Source: Puniceicoccaceae bacterium Marseille-Q1082
GTDB lineage: Bacteria > Verrucomicrobiota > Verrucomicrobiia > Opitutales > Intestinicryptomonadaceae
DNA: 32,000 nt
Direction: 5' to 3'
Assembly (NCBI GenBank): GCA_904424815.1
Contig: CAJGBI010000001.1
Span: 899,083-931,082 of the forward strand
Position 1 is the first letter of the stretch. Each line of letters starts with the position of its first letter. The notes under the pieces were generated by a model. The model had not been told where the DNA came from. It did not search any database and saw nothing but the letters and a program-made list of their open reading frames with translations. The translations under genes were made by a program, and so were the position numbers. Of the stretch, positions 10,073 through 18,209 are shown one piece after another.

Positions 10073-11779
10073 CTAATGCCTGTTGGAAAATTCGTCCGAG
10101 TTGAAAAGCGCCCACATCGCGTCCGTCATTGCATGCCACTGGTTGAACTTCCGGCCCCCGGGCTTGTACGCCTCGAACGCCTTGAGCTCGGCGCGCGTGG
10201 GGCGGCGCGAAAGTATTTTGACGTAAAGGCAATACAGCCCCCTGCGGTACGGCATTGTAAAAAACTTTCTGTTGAATTTCGACGACGATATCTTGCGCAG
10301 AATCTGCGACGAATTCAGCATGTGCAGCTTTTGCGACGAAGACGGCAGCCCCGCCCTCTCGTCGGCGTATCCCGTGTCGCGCGGGGGCTTTCCGAAGAGC
10401 TCGAGAAACGGGGTAGTCACGCTCCCGTCGGGCAAATCCACGGAGGCGGTGGAGTCCGGCATAGTGGTGTACGGCTCGGGGGTTGTGCTCGAATAGGTCT
10501 CCGAAGTGCCCGTCACGGAGCACACCGAATCTATCAGGATTTCGGCGTCGAGCCGCCGCACGGGGTAGACCGCGAAATTTTCGCGGGCGGAGGCGGGGTC
10601 GTTGGAGGGGTCGGGAATGAACGACTGCGAATACGCCGCGGAGGTTGCGATCAGGCGCGCGAGAGCCCTTATGTCGAAATTGGAGCGCTCGAAACGCGAA
10701 GCGAGAACGTCCAAAAGGCGCGCCGACACCGGAGGGTTTTGCGAAAAAAACATGTCGTCCACGGGCGAGACTATCGGGGAGCCGAAAAACCACGCCCACA
10801 TCCGGTTGGCGAACGCCTTTGCAAAATACGGATTGCCCTTGCGGGCGAGCCAGTCAGCAAAGGCCGCGCGCGGCGACACGCCCGCCGGAAAAGACGCCGC
10901 CGTCCCGTCCGGGAATACCCCCACAAAAGGCGCGCGGCGCGCGGGGTCGTCAAAAACTATCTCCTCTTTCCACTCCTTTGTCGGCTTGTACCCTACGCGC
11001 GAAAAGAACGACGTGAACGCCTTGCGACGCTCCTCCGGAATCTTGTCGAAGCGCGCGCACATGAACGTCAGGGCGGCGCACGAGGCGACGGACTCGGGAG
11101 TCCGCGACTGCATCGCGCGCATGAAATTCACCTCCCCCACGCGGAAATTGCTGCCGCTTGACGAGAGCATTTTTTTCGCCATATCGTCCCATCCAGAGCC
11201 GTCGGAGAGTGACTTTCTGACAAACCGCGTGTACGCCTGCGCCGCGTTGGGCCAGAGGTTTATCGGAAATTCCGCCTTTATCCTCAAAATGTCTCCGAGC
11301 CTAAGCGACATGTACTCGACGAAATCCTCCGACGCCAACAGAGAATCAACCAGAACCTCGCGCTTGCGGGGCGATTTGTCGTCGAGGAACTTTTCAACCT
11401 CCTCCGCCGTCGGGATTCTGCCGGCGATGTCGAGCGTTGCCCTGCGGATGAAAACGGCGTCCGAACACCTCTTTGCGGGCTTCAGCCCCCGAGATTTCAA
11501 ATGGTCGGCGACGGCGGCGTCTATCGGGTTTTTGGACGCCGAAAAATCCGTCTCACCGTCCTCGTATGGATTGGATGGGGAAAATTTTATGTCGGGGCGC
11601 GCCTTTTTTCGGGCGGGGGCGGATTTTTTTGCGGGAAGCGCGGGCTTTTGAACAGCCCTTTCATTTGCGGAGGACGGCTGCGCGGGAGCGGGCTTTTGCG
11701 CGGCGCCAAACGCCGGATGCGCGGCAAAAACCAGAAAAAAAACTCCGAAAACCCGAAAAAATATATTTCCAGCGTCCAT
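10073..11779 (-). CDS. DUF1549/DUF1553 domain protein
   Basis: FIRRATLDIAGRIPTAEEVEKFLDD (DUF1549-like), then RAAFADWLARKGNPYFAKAFANRMWAWFFGSPIVSPVDD and RLDAEILIDSV (DUF1553-like). N-terminal hydrophobic signal starts MDAGNIFFRVFG at 11779. Confidence 0.88.
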   Translation of the reverse strand: MDAGNIFFRVFGVFFLVFAAHPAFGAAQKPAPAQPSSANERAVQKPALPAKKSAPARKKARPDIKFSPSNPYEDGETDFSASKNPIDAAVADHLKSRGLKPAKRCSDAVFIRRATLDIAGRIPTAEEVEKFLDDKSPRKREVLVDSLLASEDFVEYMSLRLGDILRIKAEFPINLWPNAAQAYTRFVRKSLSDGSGWDDMAKKMLSSSGSNFRVGEVNFMRAMQSRTPESVASCAALTFMCARFDKIPEERRKAFTSFFSRVGYKPTKEWKEEIVFDDPARRAPFVGVFPDGTAASFPAGVSPRAAFADWLARKGNPYFAKAFANRMWAWFFGSPIVSPVDDMFFSQNPPVSARLLDVLASRFERSNFDIRALARLIATSAAYSQSFIPDPSNDPASARENFAVYPVRRLDAEILIDSVCSVTGTSETYSSTTPEPYTTMPDSTASVDLPDGSVTTPFLELFGKPPRDTGYADERAGLPSSSQKLHMLNSSQILRKISSSKFNRKFFTMPYRRGLYCLYVKILSRRPTRAELKAFEAYKPGGRKFNQWHAMTDAMWALFNSDEFSNRH

Positions 11780-11912
11780 ATGTTCCGATTGCGCCCTTAT
11801 GGTTAACCGAAAATTTTGGGCGCGGCAAGATTTTTTTGTGTCGCATTCGGGCGGATTTGCCGTATAGCGTTTTTGGTACAACCTTGCAATTAACCGCAAC
11901 AGACTCCAAAAA

Positions 11913-13175
11913 ATGAGCCTATTTGAAAGAGAACTTTTAAAGCGCCTCGACTCCTACAAAGCGGAGGGGCTGATAGACGCCCGCAGCGAATCCAACCTTA
12001 GAAAAGCCCTTGAAGCCAAGGCCGGAGCGTCCGCGCGCGCGTCGCGGGAGGCGCTCTACATCGTGGGGGCGATACTGGTTTTTACGGCGTTCGCCGTTTG
12101 GGTATGCCACAATTGGGCGGCGTTCGGGGAAAGGCTCCAAGAGGCCCTCGCGTTTGTTCCTCTGGCGATATCCGCGGTTCTGGGCGTGTTTGCAATAAAA
12201 AAAGATCTGCCGCAGGCGTGGAAGGAGGCCGCCGCATTCCTGAACGTCGCGGGAGTGGCGGCCATGATATACGCAATAAGCCGCATATACAACATTCAGG
12301 GGGATACCGCCCGCTTCTGCCTCGCCGTAATCTGCCTGTCCGCGCCGGCGGCTCTCATATTCCGCTCGGGCGCGGCAATTGCCGCCATATGCGTCCTAAA
12401 CGCCGCGTTTTCGGCCGCATGCCCCGAGCCGGAACTGGCGCTCGGAATCGGCATATACGCGGTGGCGGCGTTCATCGCGTATTCCCATCTGAAAACCGGC
12501 GGAGTTTTCAGAAATGCGGTAATGGTATTCGTCTGCCTGTGCTCGACGGTCTCGATTTCCTCCGCCGCCTCGTACGAGGGGCGCGGGACGGTTCTCGCGG
12601 CGGGATTTGCCGGAGTGTTCCTCGCGGCGTCGGCCACAAAGCGGCTTTCGCAATCGCCGCTTTCAGGCAACCCGTTCGCGCTTTCGGGATTCCTGATTTT
12701 GCTGTGGGCGGTGTACATGGGCGCGTCGAGATACGCTTTGGAAAGCCTCTCCGAGCCCGCGGCGGCGGAGGCGCCTGCGGCTTTTTATCCGGCATTCTGG
12801 ACGCTCTGCGCGCTCTACCTGTTTTCACTCTTCCGCGCGTTCCGCAACCAGCGCAGGGTGAACGCGCTGCTAGCGGCGAGCGCGGTCTTTCCGGCGTTTG
12901 CGGCCGCGATGTTTTCCGGAAGCTTTTGGATATCGGCAGCCGTCGTAAACGCCACCGCGTTCTTCGGGGCGGCCGCGATGTTCGCCGGCGGAATATCCGC
13001 CAACAGCCGCATTCTCTCCAACGCGGGCGTGGCGGTCATATTGCTTCAATGCGCGGCGAGGGCGTTTGAATCCCAAGCGGACGCCGGCATAAGGGCGGCC
13101 GCATTCGCCGCCGCGGGGCTGCTTTTGATGGCGTTTAATTTTTATCTGAACAGGAGGAAATCCGATGCGCGCTAA
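11913..13175 (+). CDS. DUF2157 family polytopic membrane protein
   Basis: N-terminal ELLKRLDSYKAEGLIDARSESNL...LYIVGAILVFTAFAVWVCHNW followed by many hydrophobic segments, typical of DUF2157. Confidence 0.82.
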   Translation: MSLFERELLKRLDSYKAEGLIDARSESNLRKALEAKAGASARASREALYIVGAILVFTAFAVWVCHNWAAFGERLQEALAFVPLAISAVLGVFAIKKDLPQAWKEAAAFLNVAGVAAMIYAISRIYNIQGDTARFCLAVICLSAPAALIFRSGAAIAAICVLNAAFSAACPEPELALGIGIYAVAAFIAYSHLKTGGVFRNAVMVFVCLCSTVSISSAASYEGRGTVLAAGFAGVFLAASATKRLSQSPLSGNPFALSGFLILLWAVYMGASRYALESLSEPAAAEAPAAFYPAFWTLCALYLFSLFRAFRNQRRVNALLAASAVFPAFAAAMFSGSFWISAAVVNATAFFGAAAMFAGGISANSRILSNAGVAVILLQCAARAFESQADAGIRAAAFAAAGLLLMAFNFYLNRRKSDAR

Positions 13176-13887
13176 AAAAATTTTTCGCGACAGCGCGAAC
13201 CTGTGGTTCGTCGGGCTGTTGACCGTCCAATTCTGCGCGGGGCTCGTTTACGCGCTCGACGCCGAGAGAGTGCACGACTCCGGCGAGGAGATAAGGGTGA
13301 AAGCCGATTCGATCTGGGCCTTCCACCGTGACGATTCCGCCGTGCAAATAAACATGCCGGCGGTAAATTCGCCGCATTCGGAGGGCGCATGCCCCGAAGC
13401 CGACGCAGTATTCAAAAGCAAAAGCGAATACGTTCCATATTGGAAGAAGGCCGAATGCCCCGTGGAGTTCCGCAAAGGCGGCGACGGATTTTGGCGCGCC
13501 GCAGCCTACGGAAAAAACGCAAATCCGGAAACCGGATTCGTCCTCGACTTGAAGCTTCTCGGAGTGAACAAGACGCGCTACGACGAAACGCTGAAAAAGA
13601 GGGTTCCGCTCCAGCCCCCGCAGGCGGCTTTCAAATTTGAAATCCGCAAATATTATACGAGCAGGCACGACGGCAAAAAGCTCTCGGAATTTATAGAAAA
13701 GGCGCAAAAGGAGAAATTGCCGGTAACGGTAGTCCTGCGCCGCGCTCACGGGGTATTGGCAATCGGCGGGCTGTACATAGGCGAAAGCCCGATAGAGGAA
13801 ATCATCGAAAAACTTTCCACCCCACGCCCCCTCCGCAAGGCGCAACTTCAAACGGCAAAAATTCCGCAAAATAAAATTCCCGACTAA
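13165..13887 (+). CDS. GDYXXLXY-like domain protein, paired with the DUF2157 gene
   Basis: Overlaps the DUF2157 gene. An N-terminal TM segment is followed by VPLQPPQAAFKFEIRKYYTSRHDGKKLSEFIEKAQKEKLPVTVVLRRAHGVLAIGGLYIGESPIEE. Confidence 0.7.
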   Translation: MRAKKIFRDSANLWFVGLLTVQFCAGLVYALDAERVHDSGEEIRVKADSIWAFHRDDSAVQINMPAVNSPHSEGACPEADAVFKSKSEYVPYWKKAECPVEFRKGGDGFWRAAAYGKNANPETGFVLDLKLLGVNKTRYDETLKKRVPLQPPQAAFKFEIRKYYTSRHDGKKLSEFIEKAQKEKLPVTVVLRRAHGVLAIGGLYIGESPIEEIIEKLSTPRPLRKAQLQTAKIPQNKIPD

Positions 13888-13946
13888 GCGGCAGAACCAA
13901 AAAAACGCCCGGCCCGAAGCCGCCCTCCGCGAAGCCTGCGAGTTTT

Positions 13947-14549
13947 TCAGTCTTTGGAAGCTTTTGAGAGCCGCCTTTTAAGCGCAAAAAACGTTTTCAG
14001 AAGCTCCGCGCATTCGGCTTCGAGCGCGCCGCTTTCGACAGCGAGCGAGTGGTTGAGCGTCGGGAGGTCGTGGAACTTCATCGCCCCTCCCAAAAAGCCC
14101 ATCTTTGGGTCGGAGACGGCGTAAACTACGCGCTTCAGGCGGCTCATGACGCACGCGCCCGCGCACATGGGGCACGGCTCCTTGGTGGCGTAGAGAGTCG
14201 CGCCGGCAAGCCGCCAGTCGCCGAGTTTTGCGGCGGCCTGGGTTATCGCCAAAACCTCCGCGTGCGCCGTGGGGTCGCGCGAGCCCTCCACGGAGTTATG
14301 CGCCTGCGCTATGACCTCTCCGCCGAACTCTATCACCGCCCCCACCGGGACCTCCCCGCAATTCCACGCCTTCAACGCCTGGTTGTAGGCGAGCTTCATA
14401 AAAAACTCGTCCCCGCGCGAGAGATACGACGGATGCAGCGGGGAGAACGGGCACGGCGGAAAATCCTTGCGCGCCGAAAATCCGCCGCCCTCCCTTTCTG
14501 CGGGGAAGTCCGGACGGCCGCGCGCGCCTCTGTTTTCGCCGTGTTCCAT
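13947..14549 (-). CDS. tadA: tRNA-specific adenosine deaminase
   Basis: HAEVLAITQAAAKLGDWRLAGATLYATKEPCPMCAGACVMSRLKRVVYAVSDPKMG contains the HAE and PCxxC deaminase zinc motifs. The start is uncertain: 14549 or an internal Met (MKLAYNQAL). Confidence 0.92.
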   Translation of the reverse strand: MEHGENRGARGRPDFPAEREGGGFSARKDFPPCPFSPLHPSYLSRGDEFFMKLAYNQALKAWNCGEVPVGAVIEFGGEVIAQAHNSVEGSRDPTAHAEVLAITQAAAKLGDWRLAGATLYATKEPCPMCAGACVMSRLKRVVYAVSDPKMGFLGGAMKFHDLPTLNHSLAVESGALEAECAELLKTFFALKRRLSKASKD

Positions 14550-14621
14550 TATTTTAATATTGACTAATAGAAACGTATAAGCAGAAATTGTCAACTTTCA
14601 TACAGCAAAAACAAACAAAGC

Positions 14622-14885
14622 ATGTCAGATTCCGTAGAAGTAGAGGGGAAAGTCGTAGCCGTACTGCCTGGGACAATGTTCCGGGTGGAAATACTCAACG
14701 GGCACCAGGTGCTCGCCCACATATCGGGCAAGCTCCGCAAGAACTTCATAAAGCTAACGGTGGGCGACAGGGTCAAGATGGAAATGACCCCGCAGGACAT
14801 CGAGAAGGCCCGCATAGTTTACAGGCTCAAAAACAACGACGCCCCAAGGCCGATCCCCAGAAGGAGCTTCGGCCCCCGCCGCTGA
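14622..14885 (+). CDS. infA: Translation initiation factor IF-1
   Basis: VEVEGKVVAVLPGTMFRVEILNGHQVLAHISGKLRKNFIKLTVGDRVKMEMTPQDIEKARIVYRLK. Confidence 0.95.
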   Translation: MSDSVEVEGKVVAVLPGTMFRVEILNGHQVLAHISGKLRKNFIKLTVGDRVKMEMTPQDIEKARIVYRLKNNDAPRPIPRRSFGPRR

Positions 14886-14898
14886 GCGGCAAACCGCC

Positions 14899-15900
14899 AT
14901 GTCACCGAAAACCGGAAAAGTCGCGCTGATTTCGGCTTTTCTGGTTTTGTCGTTTTTGCTGTCGGCCGCAATTTCGCTCTCGTGCGGCGCGGGGGGAATA
15001 GACTTTGCCGGCCTGTGGGCGGCTGTCTCGGGAGGCGCGGACGAATCCGCGCGCCTGATAATCGGGCAAATCCGCCTGCCGCGCCTCGCCGCCGGAATAC
15101 TCGCCGGAGCGAGCCTGTCGCTCGCGGGAGGAGCGATGCAAAGCCTTTTCAGAAACCCCCTCGCCGACCCGTCCATACTCGGCGTCTCCTCCGGCGCCGC
15201 GCTCGGGGCGGTGGCCGCAATGACGGTTTTTGCCGGGGTATTCGCGACGGAAATTTGCGCGCTCGCCGGCGGGCTCGCCGCGGCGTTTGCGGTCTACAAG
15301 CTCGGGGCGTTCGGGGGGAGAGCCTCGGCGTTTTCGACGCTTCTTGCGGGAATAGCCGTAAACGCGTTTTGCGGGGCGCTCGTGGGATTTTTCATGTACT
15401 CGGCGCGCGACGTCGGCCTGCGCGGATACGTATTCTGGTCGCTCGGCTCGCTCGACAGATGCGGCTGGGCGGACATACTTGCCGCGGCCGCTGCGGCCGT
15501 CCCGTCGTGGATTGCGATACTGCTTTGCGCGCGCCCGCTCAACCTGATGCTCCTCGGGCGGCAGCAGGCGTTCCATTCGGGCGTAAACGTCGGGCTCGTA
15601 TGGGTTCTCGTAGGCTCCGCCGCGGCCCTCGCGACTTCCGCGAGCGTCGCGATATGCGGGATAATCGGCTTCGTCGGGCTCGTCGTGCCGCACATGGTCA
15701 GAACCGTCTCGGGGCCCGACAACCGCGTCCTTCTGCCGCTCTCCGCCGTAGGAGGCGCCACAATCCTCGCGCTCGCCGACGCCGCCGCCCGCCTATGGTC
15801 GCCGTCCGATCCCGTTCCGATAGGGGTTGTCACAGCGCTCCTGGGGGCTCCGTTTTTTCTCGCGCTCTTGAAGCGCGCGGGGGATTCCGCCGATGATTGA
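14899..15900 (+). CDS. FecCD/BtuC-family ABC transporter permease (iron/cobalamin type)
   Basis: RLPRLAAGILAGASLSLAGGAMQSLFRNPLADPSILGVSSGAALGAV and GIIGFVGLVVPHMVRTVSGPDNR. Confidence 0.92.
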   Translation: MSPKTGKVALISAFLVLSFLLSAAISLSCGAGGIDFAGLWAAVSGGADESARLIIGQIRLPRLAAGILAGASLSLAGGAMQSLFRNPLADPSILGVSSGAALGAVAAMTVFAGVFATEICALAGGLAAAFAVYKLGAFGGRASAFSTLLAGIAVNAFCGALVGFFMYSARDVGLRGYVFWSLGSLDRCGWADILAAAAAAVPSWIAILLCARPLNLMLLGRQQAFHSGVNVGLVWVLVGSAAALATSASVAICGIIGFVGLVVPHMVRTVSGPDNRVLLPLSAVGGATILALADAAARLWSPSDPVPIGVVTALLGAPFFLALLKRAGDSADD

Positions 15901-16681
15901 GGCGAGGGACATATCGTTCGGATACGGGCGGCGGAAAGTTCTGTCCGGCGTGTCGGCGAAATTTGAAGACGGGGTTTTTGCCGCGGTTCTCGGCGCGAAC
16001 GGCGCGGGCAAATCCACGCTGCTCAAAATTCTGAGCGGGTGGCTCAAACCGGACGGGGGAGAAGTCCTGTACGCGGGCGCGAATGCGGCGTCCCTCGGCG
16101 CGCGGGAGCTCGCTAAATCCCGCGCGGTTCTCGAGCAGGAGTGCAGGCTCGACTTCGCCTGCCCCGTCGGGCAGATAGTCAGAATGTCGGGATTCTCCGC
16201 GGGCGCGCTGGGCGCGGAGGCCGATGCGGATGAGGCGGAAGCCGCCCTCGCCGCCGCCGGGCTTTCAGGATTTTCCGGCAGGATTTACACGGAGCTCTCC
16301 GGCGGCGAAAAGCGCAGGGTACACCTCGCGCGCGCCCTGTGCCAGCTCGGGAAAAATCCGGAGGGGAAAGCCCTGCTGCTCGACGAGCCCGCCGCGTCGC
16401 TCGACCCCGCCGCCGCGCACGCCGCCATGAGTGCTGCAAAATCCGCGGCCCGAAACGGCGCGTGCGTCGTAGCCGTCCTACACGACCCGAATCTGGCCTT
16501 CGACTACTGCGACTTCTCCCTGCTGCTCAAAGGCGGAAAAATCGCCGCCCGCGGCAACACCCGCGAAACCCTCACGCGCGAAAACCTGTCTTTTGCGTAC
16601 TCCCACCCGTGCGGGGTATTCCCCTCCCCGTTCGGCGCGACAGCGCGCTTCCCCAAATCCGGCGGAGATTCAAACAGTTGA
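15893..16681 (+). CDS. FecE/BtuD-type ABC transporter ATP-binding protein
   Basis: LGANGAGKSTLLKILSG (Walker A), ELSGGEKRRVHLARALCQL (signature) and LLLDEPAASLD (Walker B). Overlaps the permease stop by 8 bp. Confidence 0.92.
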   Translation: MIEARDISFGYGRRKVLSGVSAKFEDGVFAAVLGANGAGKSTLLKILSGWLKPDGGEVLYAGANAASLGARELAKSRAVLEQECRLDFACPVGQIVRMSGFSAGALGAEADADEAEAALAAAGLSGFSGRIYTELSGGEKRRVHLARALCQLGKNPEGKALLLDEPAASLDPAAAHAAMSAAKSAARNGACVVAVLHDPNLAFDYCDFSLLLKGGKIAARGNTRETLTRENLSFAYSHPCGVFPSPFGATARFPKSGGDSNS

Positions 16682-16694
16682 CAAAGGCGGGCCG

Positions 16695-17225
16695 ATGTGG
16701 TCTTTTTTGGGCGTGAATAATATGCAGAGGCTACACTCATATTGGCGCATGCCGTACATAGAAGCCCCGAAGCCGCGCGACGACTCGGGGGAAAAGGGCG
16801 GCAACCCATTTCTCGAAATGGCCGCATCCGACGATTTTGAAAAGTTCCATATCCTCTGGAAGGGGAAATACTCGTTCATAGTCATGAACAAGTTCCCGTA
16901 CAATTGCGGGCACCTTCTCGTCCTTCCCCTGCGCGAAATCGGAGACATCGAGCTGCTCGACGGCGGGGAAAAGATTGAATTTTTCGACGCCGTAATACGC
17001 GCCAAGAGGATTTTGCGCAGGGCGCTCAATCCCGACGCCTTCAACGTGGGCTTCAACCTCGGCTCGAAGGCGGGCGCGGGAATCCCCCGGCACCTGCACT
17101 GCCATGTCGTCCCCCGCTGGGACGGCGACACCAACTTCATGCCCGTAATATCCGACACCCGCGTGCTGCCCCAGTCGCTCGACGCGCTCTGGCAAAAGCT
17201 CGTAAAGTTCGCCGACGAAGAATAG
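16695..17225 (+). CDS. HIT family hydrolase (Ap4A phosphorylase-like)
   Basis: MNKFPYNCGHLLVLPLREIGDI...NVGFNLGSKAGAGIPRHLHCHVVPRWDGDTNFMPVI carries the HxHxH histidine triad. ATG at 16695. Confidence 0.9.
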   Translation: MWSFLGVNNMQRLHSYWRMPYIEAPKPRDDSGEKGGNPFLEMAASDDFEKFHILWKGKYSFIVMNKFPYNCGHLLVLPLREIGDIELLDGGEKIEFFDAVIRAKRILRRALNPDAFNVGFNLGSKAGAGIPRHLHCHVVPRWDGDTNFMPVISDTRVLPQSLDALWQKLVKFADEE

Positions 17226-17228
17226 CCC

Positions 17229-18209
17229 ATGCCGTCCGTCGAAAAAACCCTGACTTTTGAGAGCGCCCAGAGACTCGCCGAGACGTACGGCAACCGCCCC
17301 GAAAACCTCGAGCTCGCGGAGGAAAAGCTGTCGGTAAAAATAGTCTCGCGCGACGGCTGGATGAAAATAGAGGGGCCCGAGAAGCGCGTGGACGCCGCCT
17401 TTGAGTTTTTCAGAATCCTCGGCTCCGCGCGGGCGCAGGGAATAAGGATAAGCCCGTTCGATTTCAGAAACATGCTCGCGCGGGCGGCCGGCGGCAAACT
17501 CTCCGAAATAGCCGAAGTCTTTGAAAATCCGGTCGTGGTAAACCTCAAGCGCAAGAGCATAGTGCCCAAAAATGTAGCCCAAAAAAAATACCTCGACCTC
17601 TTCAAGCGCTCCGAAATCGTATTCGGCATAGGCCCTGCGGGCACGGGAAAGACGTATCTGGCGACCGCGCACGCGCTGAAAATGCTGCAAGACAAAAAAG
17701 TCGAGCGCATAGTCCTCACGCGGCCCGCGGTGGAGGCGGGAGAGGCCCTCGGGTTCCTGCCCGGCGACTTGCAGGAAAAACTCCTGCCCTATCTGCGCCC
17801 GCTCTACGACGCCATATACGACATGCTCGGCGCGGAGGAGGCGCAAAAGCTTACCGAGCGCGGCATAATAGAGATTGCGCCTCTCGCCTACATGCGCGGC
17901 AGGACTCTCCAGAACGCATTCGCGATTCTCGACGAGGCCCAAAACGCCACGCCGGAACAGATGATGATGTTCCTCACGCGCCTCGGAGAGGGCTCCAAGA
18001 TGGCGGTGACCGGCGACGTCACCCAGACCGACCTCCCCCGCCGCAAGAAATCCGGGCTGCGCGAGGCCGTCAAAATCCTGAGGGATATTCCGGGCATAGC
18101 GCATTTTCGCTTCGAGGCCTCCGACGTGGTGAGGCACCCGCTCGTGACAAAGATAGTCGACGCCTACGAGGCCGACCGAAGAGAGGCAGAAGATGTTCAA
18201 CCGCATTAA
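17229..18209 (+). CDS. PhoH-like ATPase
   Basis: GIGPAGTGKTYLATAHALKMLQDKKVERIVLTRPAVEAGEALGFLPGDLQEK, FAILDEAQNATPEQMMMFLTRLGEGSKMAVTGDVTQTDLP. Confidence 0.94.
   Translation: MPSVEKTLTFESAQRLAETYGNRPENLELAEEKLSVKIVSRDGWMKIEGPEKRVDAAFEFFRILGSARAQGIRISPFDFRNMLARAAGGKLSEIAEVFENPVVVNLKRKSIVPKNVAQKKYLDLFKRSEIVFGIGPAGTGKTYLATAHALKMLQDKKVERIVLTRPAVEAGEALGFLPGDLQEKLLPYLRPLYDAIYDMLGAEEAQKLTERGIIEIAPLAYMRGRTLQNAFAILDEAQNATPEQMMMFLTRLGEGSKMAVTGDVTQTDLPRRKKSGLREAVKILRDIPGIAHFRFEASDVVRHPLVTKIVDAYEADRREAEDVQPH

Noticed and set aside
8709-10076. 455-aa plus-strand ORF
   Set aside because: It is antisense to the well-supported DUF1501 gene.
13888-13946. Possible terminator between the GDYXXLXY-like gene and tadA
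   Set aside because: Minus-strand CGGC-ttcgg-GCCG followed by ggcgTTTTTTT has a T-run, but the stem is only 4 bp contiguous and not strong enough to list as a feature.
14550-14621. Promoter motifs in the divergent tadA/infA gap (TTGACT, TATAAG)
   Set aside because: The region is AT-rich and surely contains promoters, but the visible hexamers are 10 bp apart rather than ~17, so no specific promoter could be supported.
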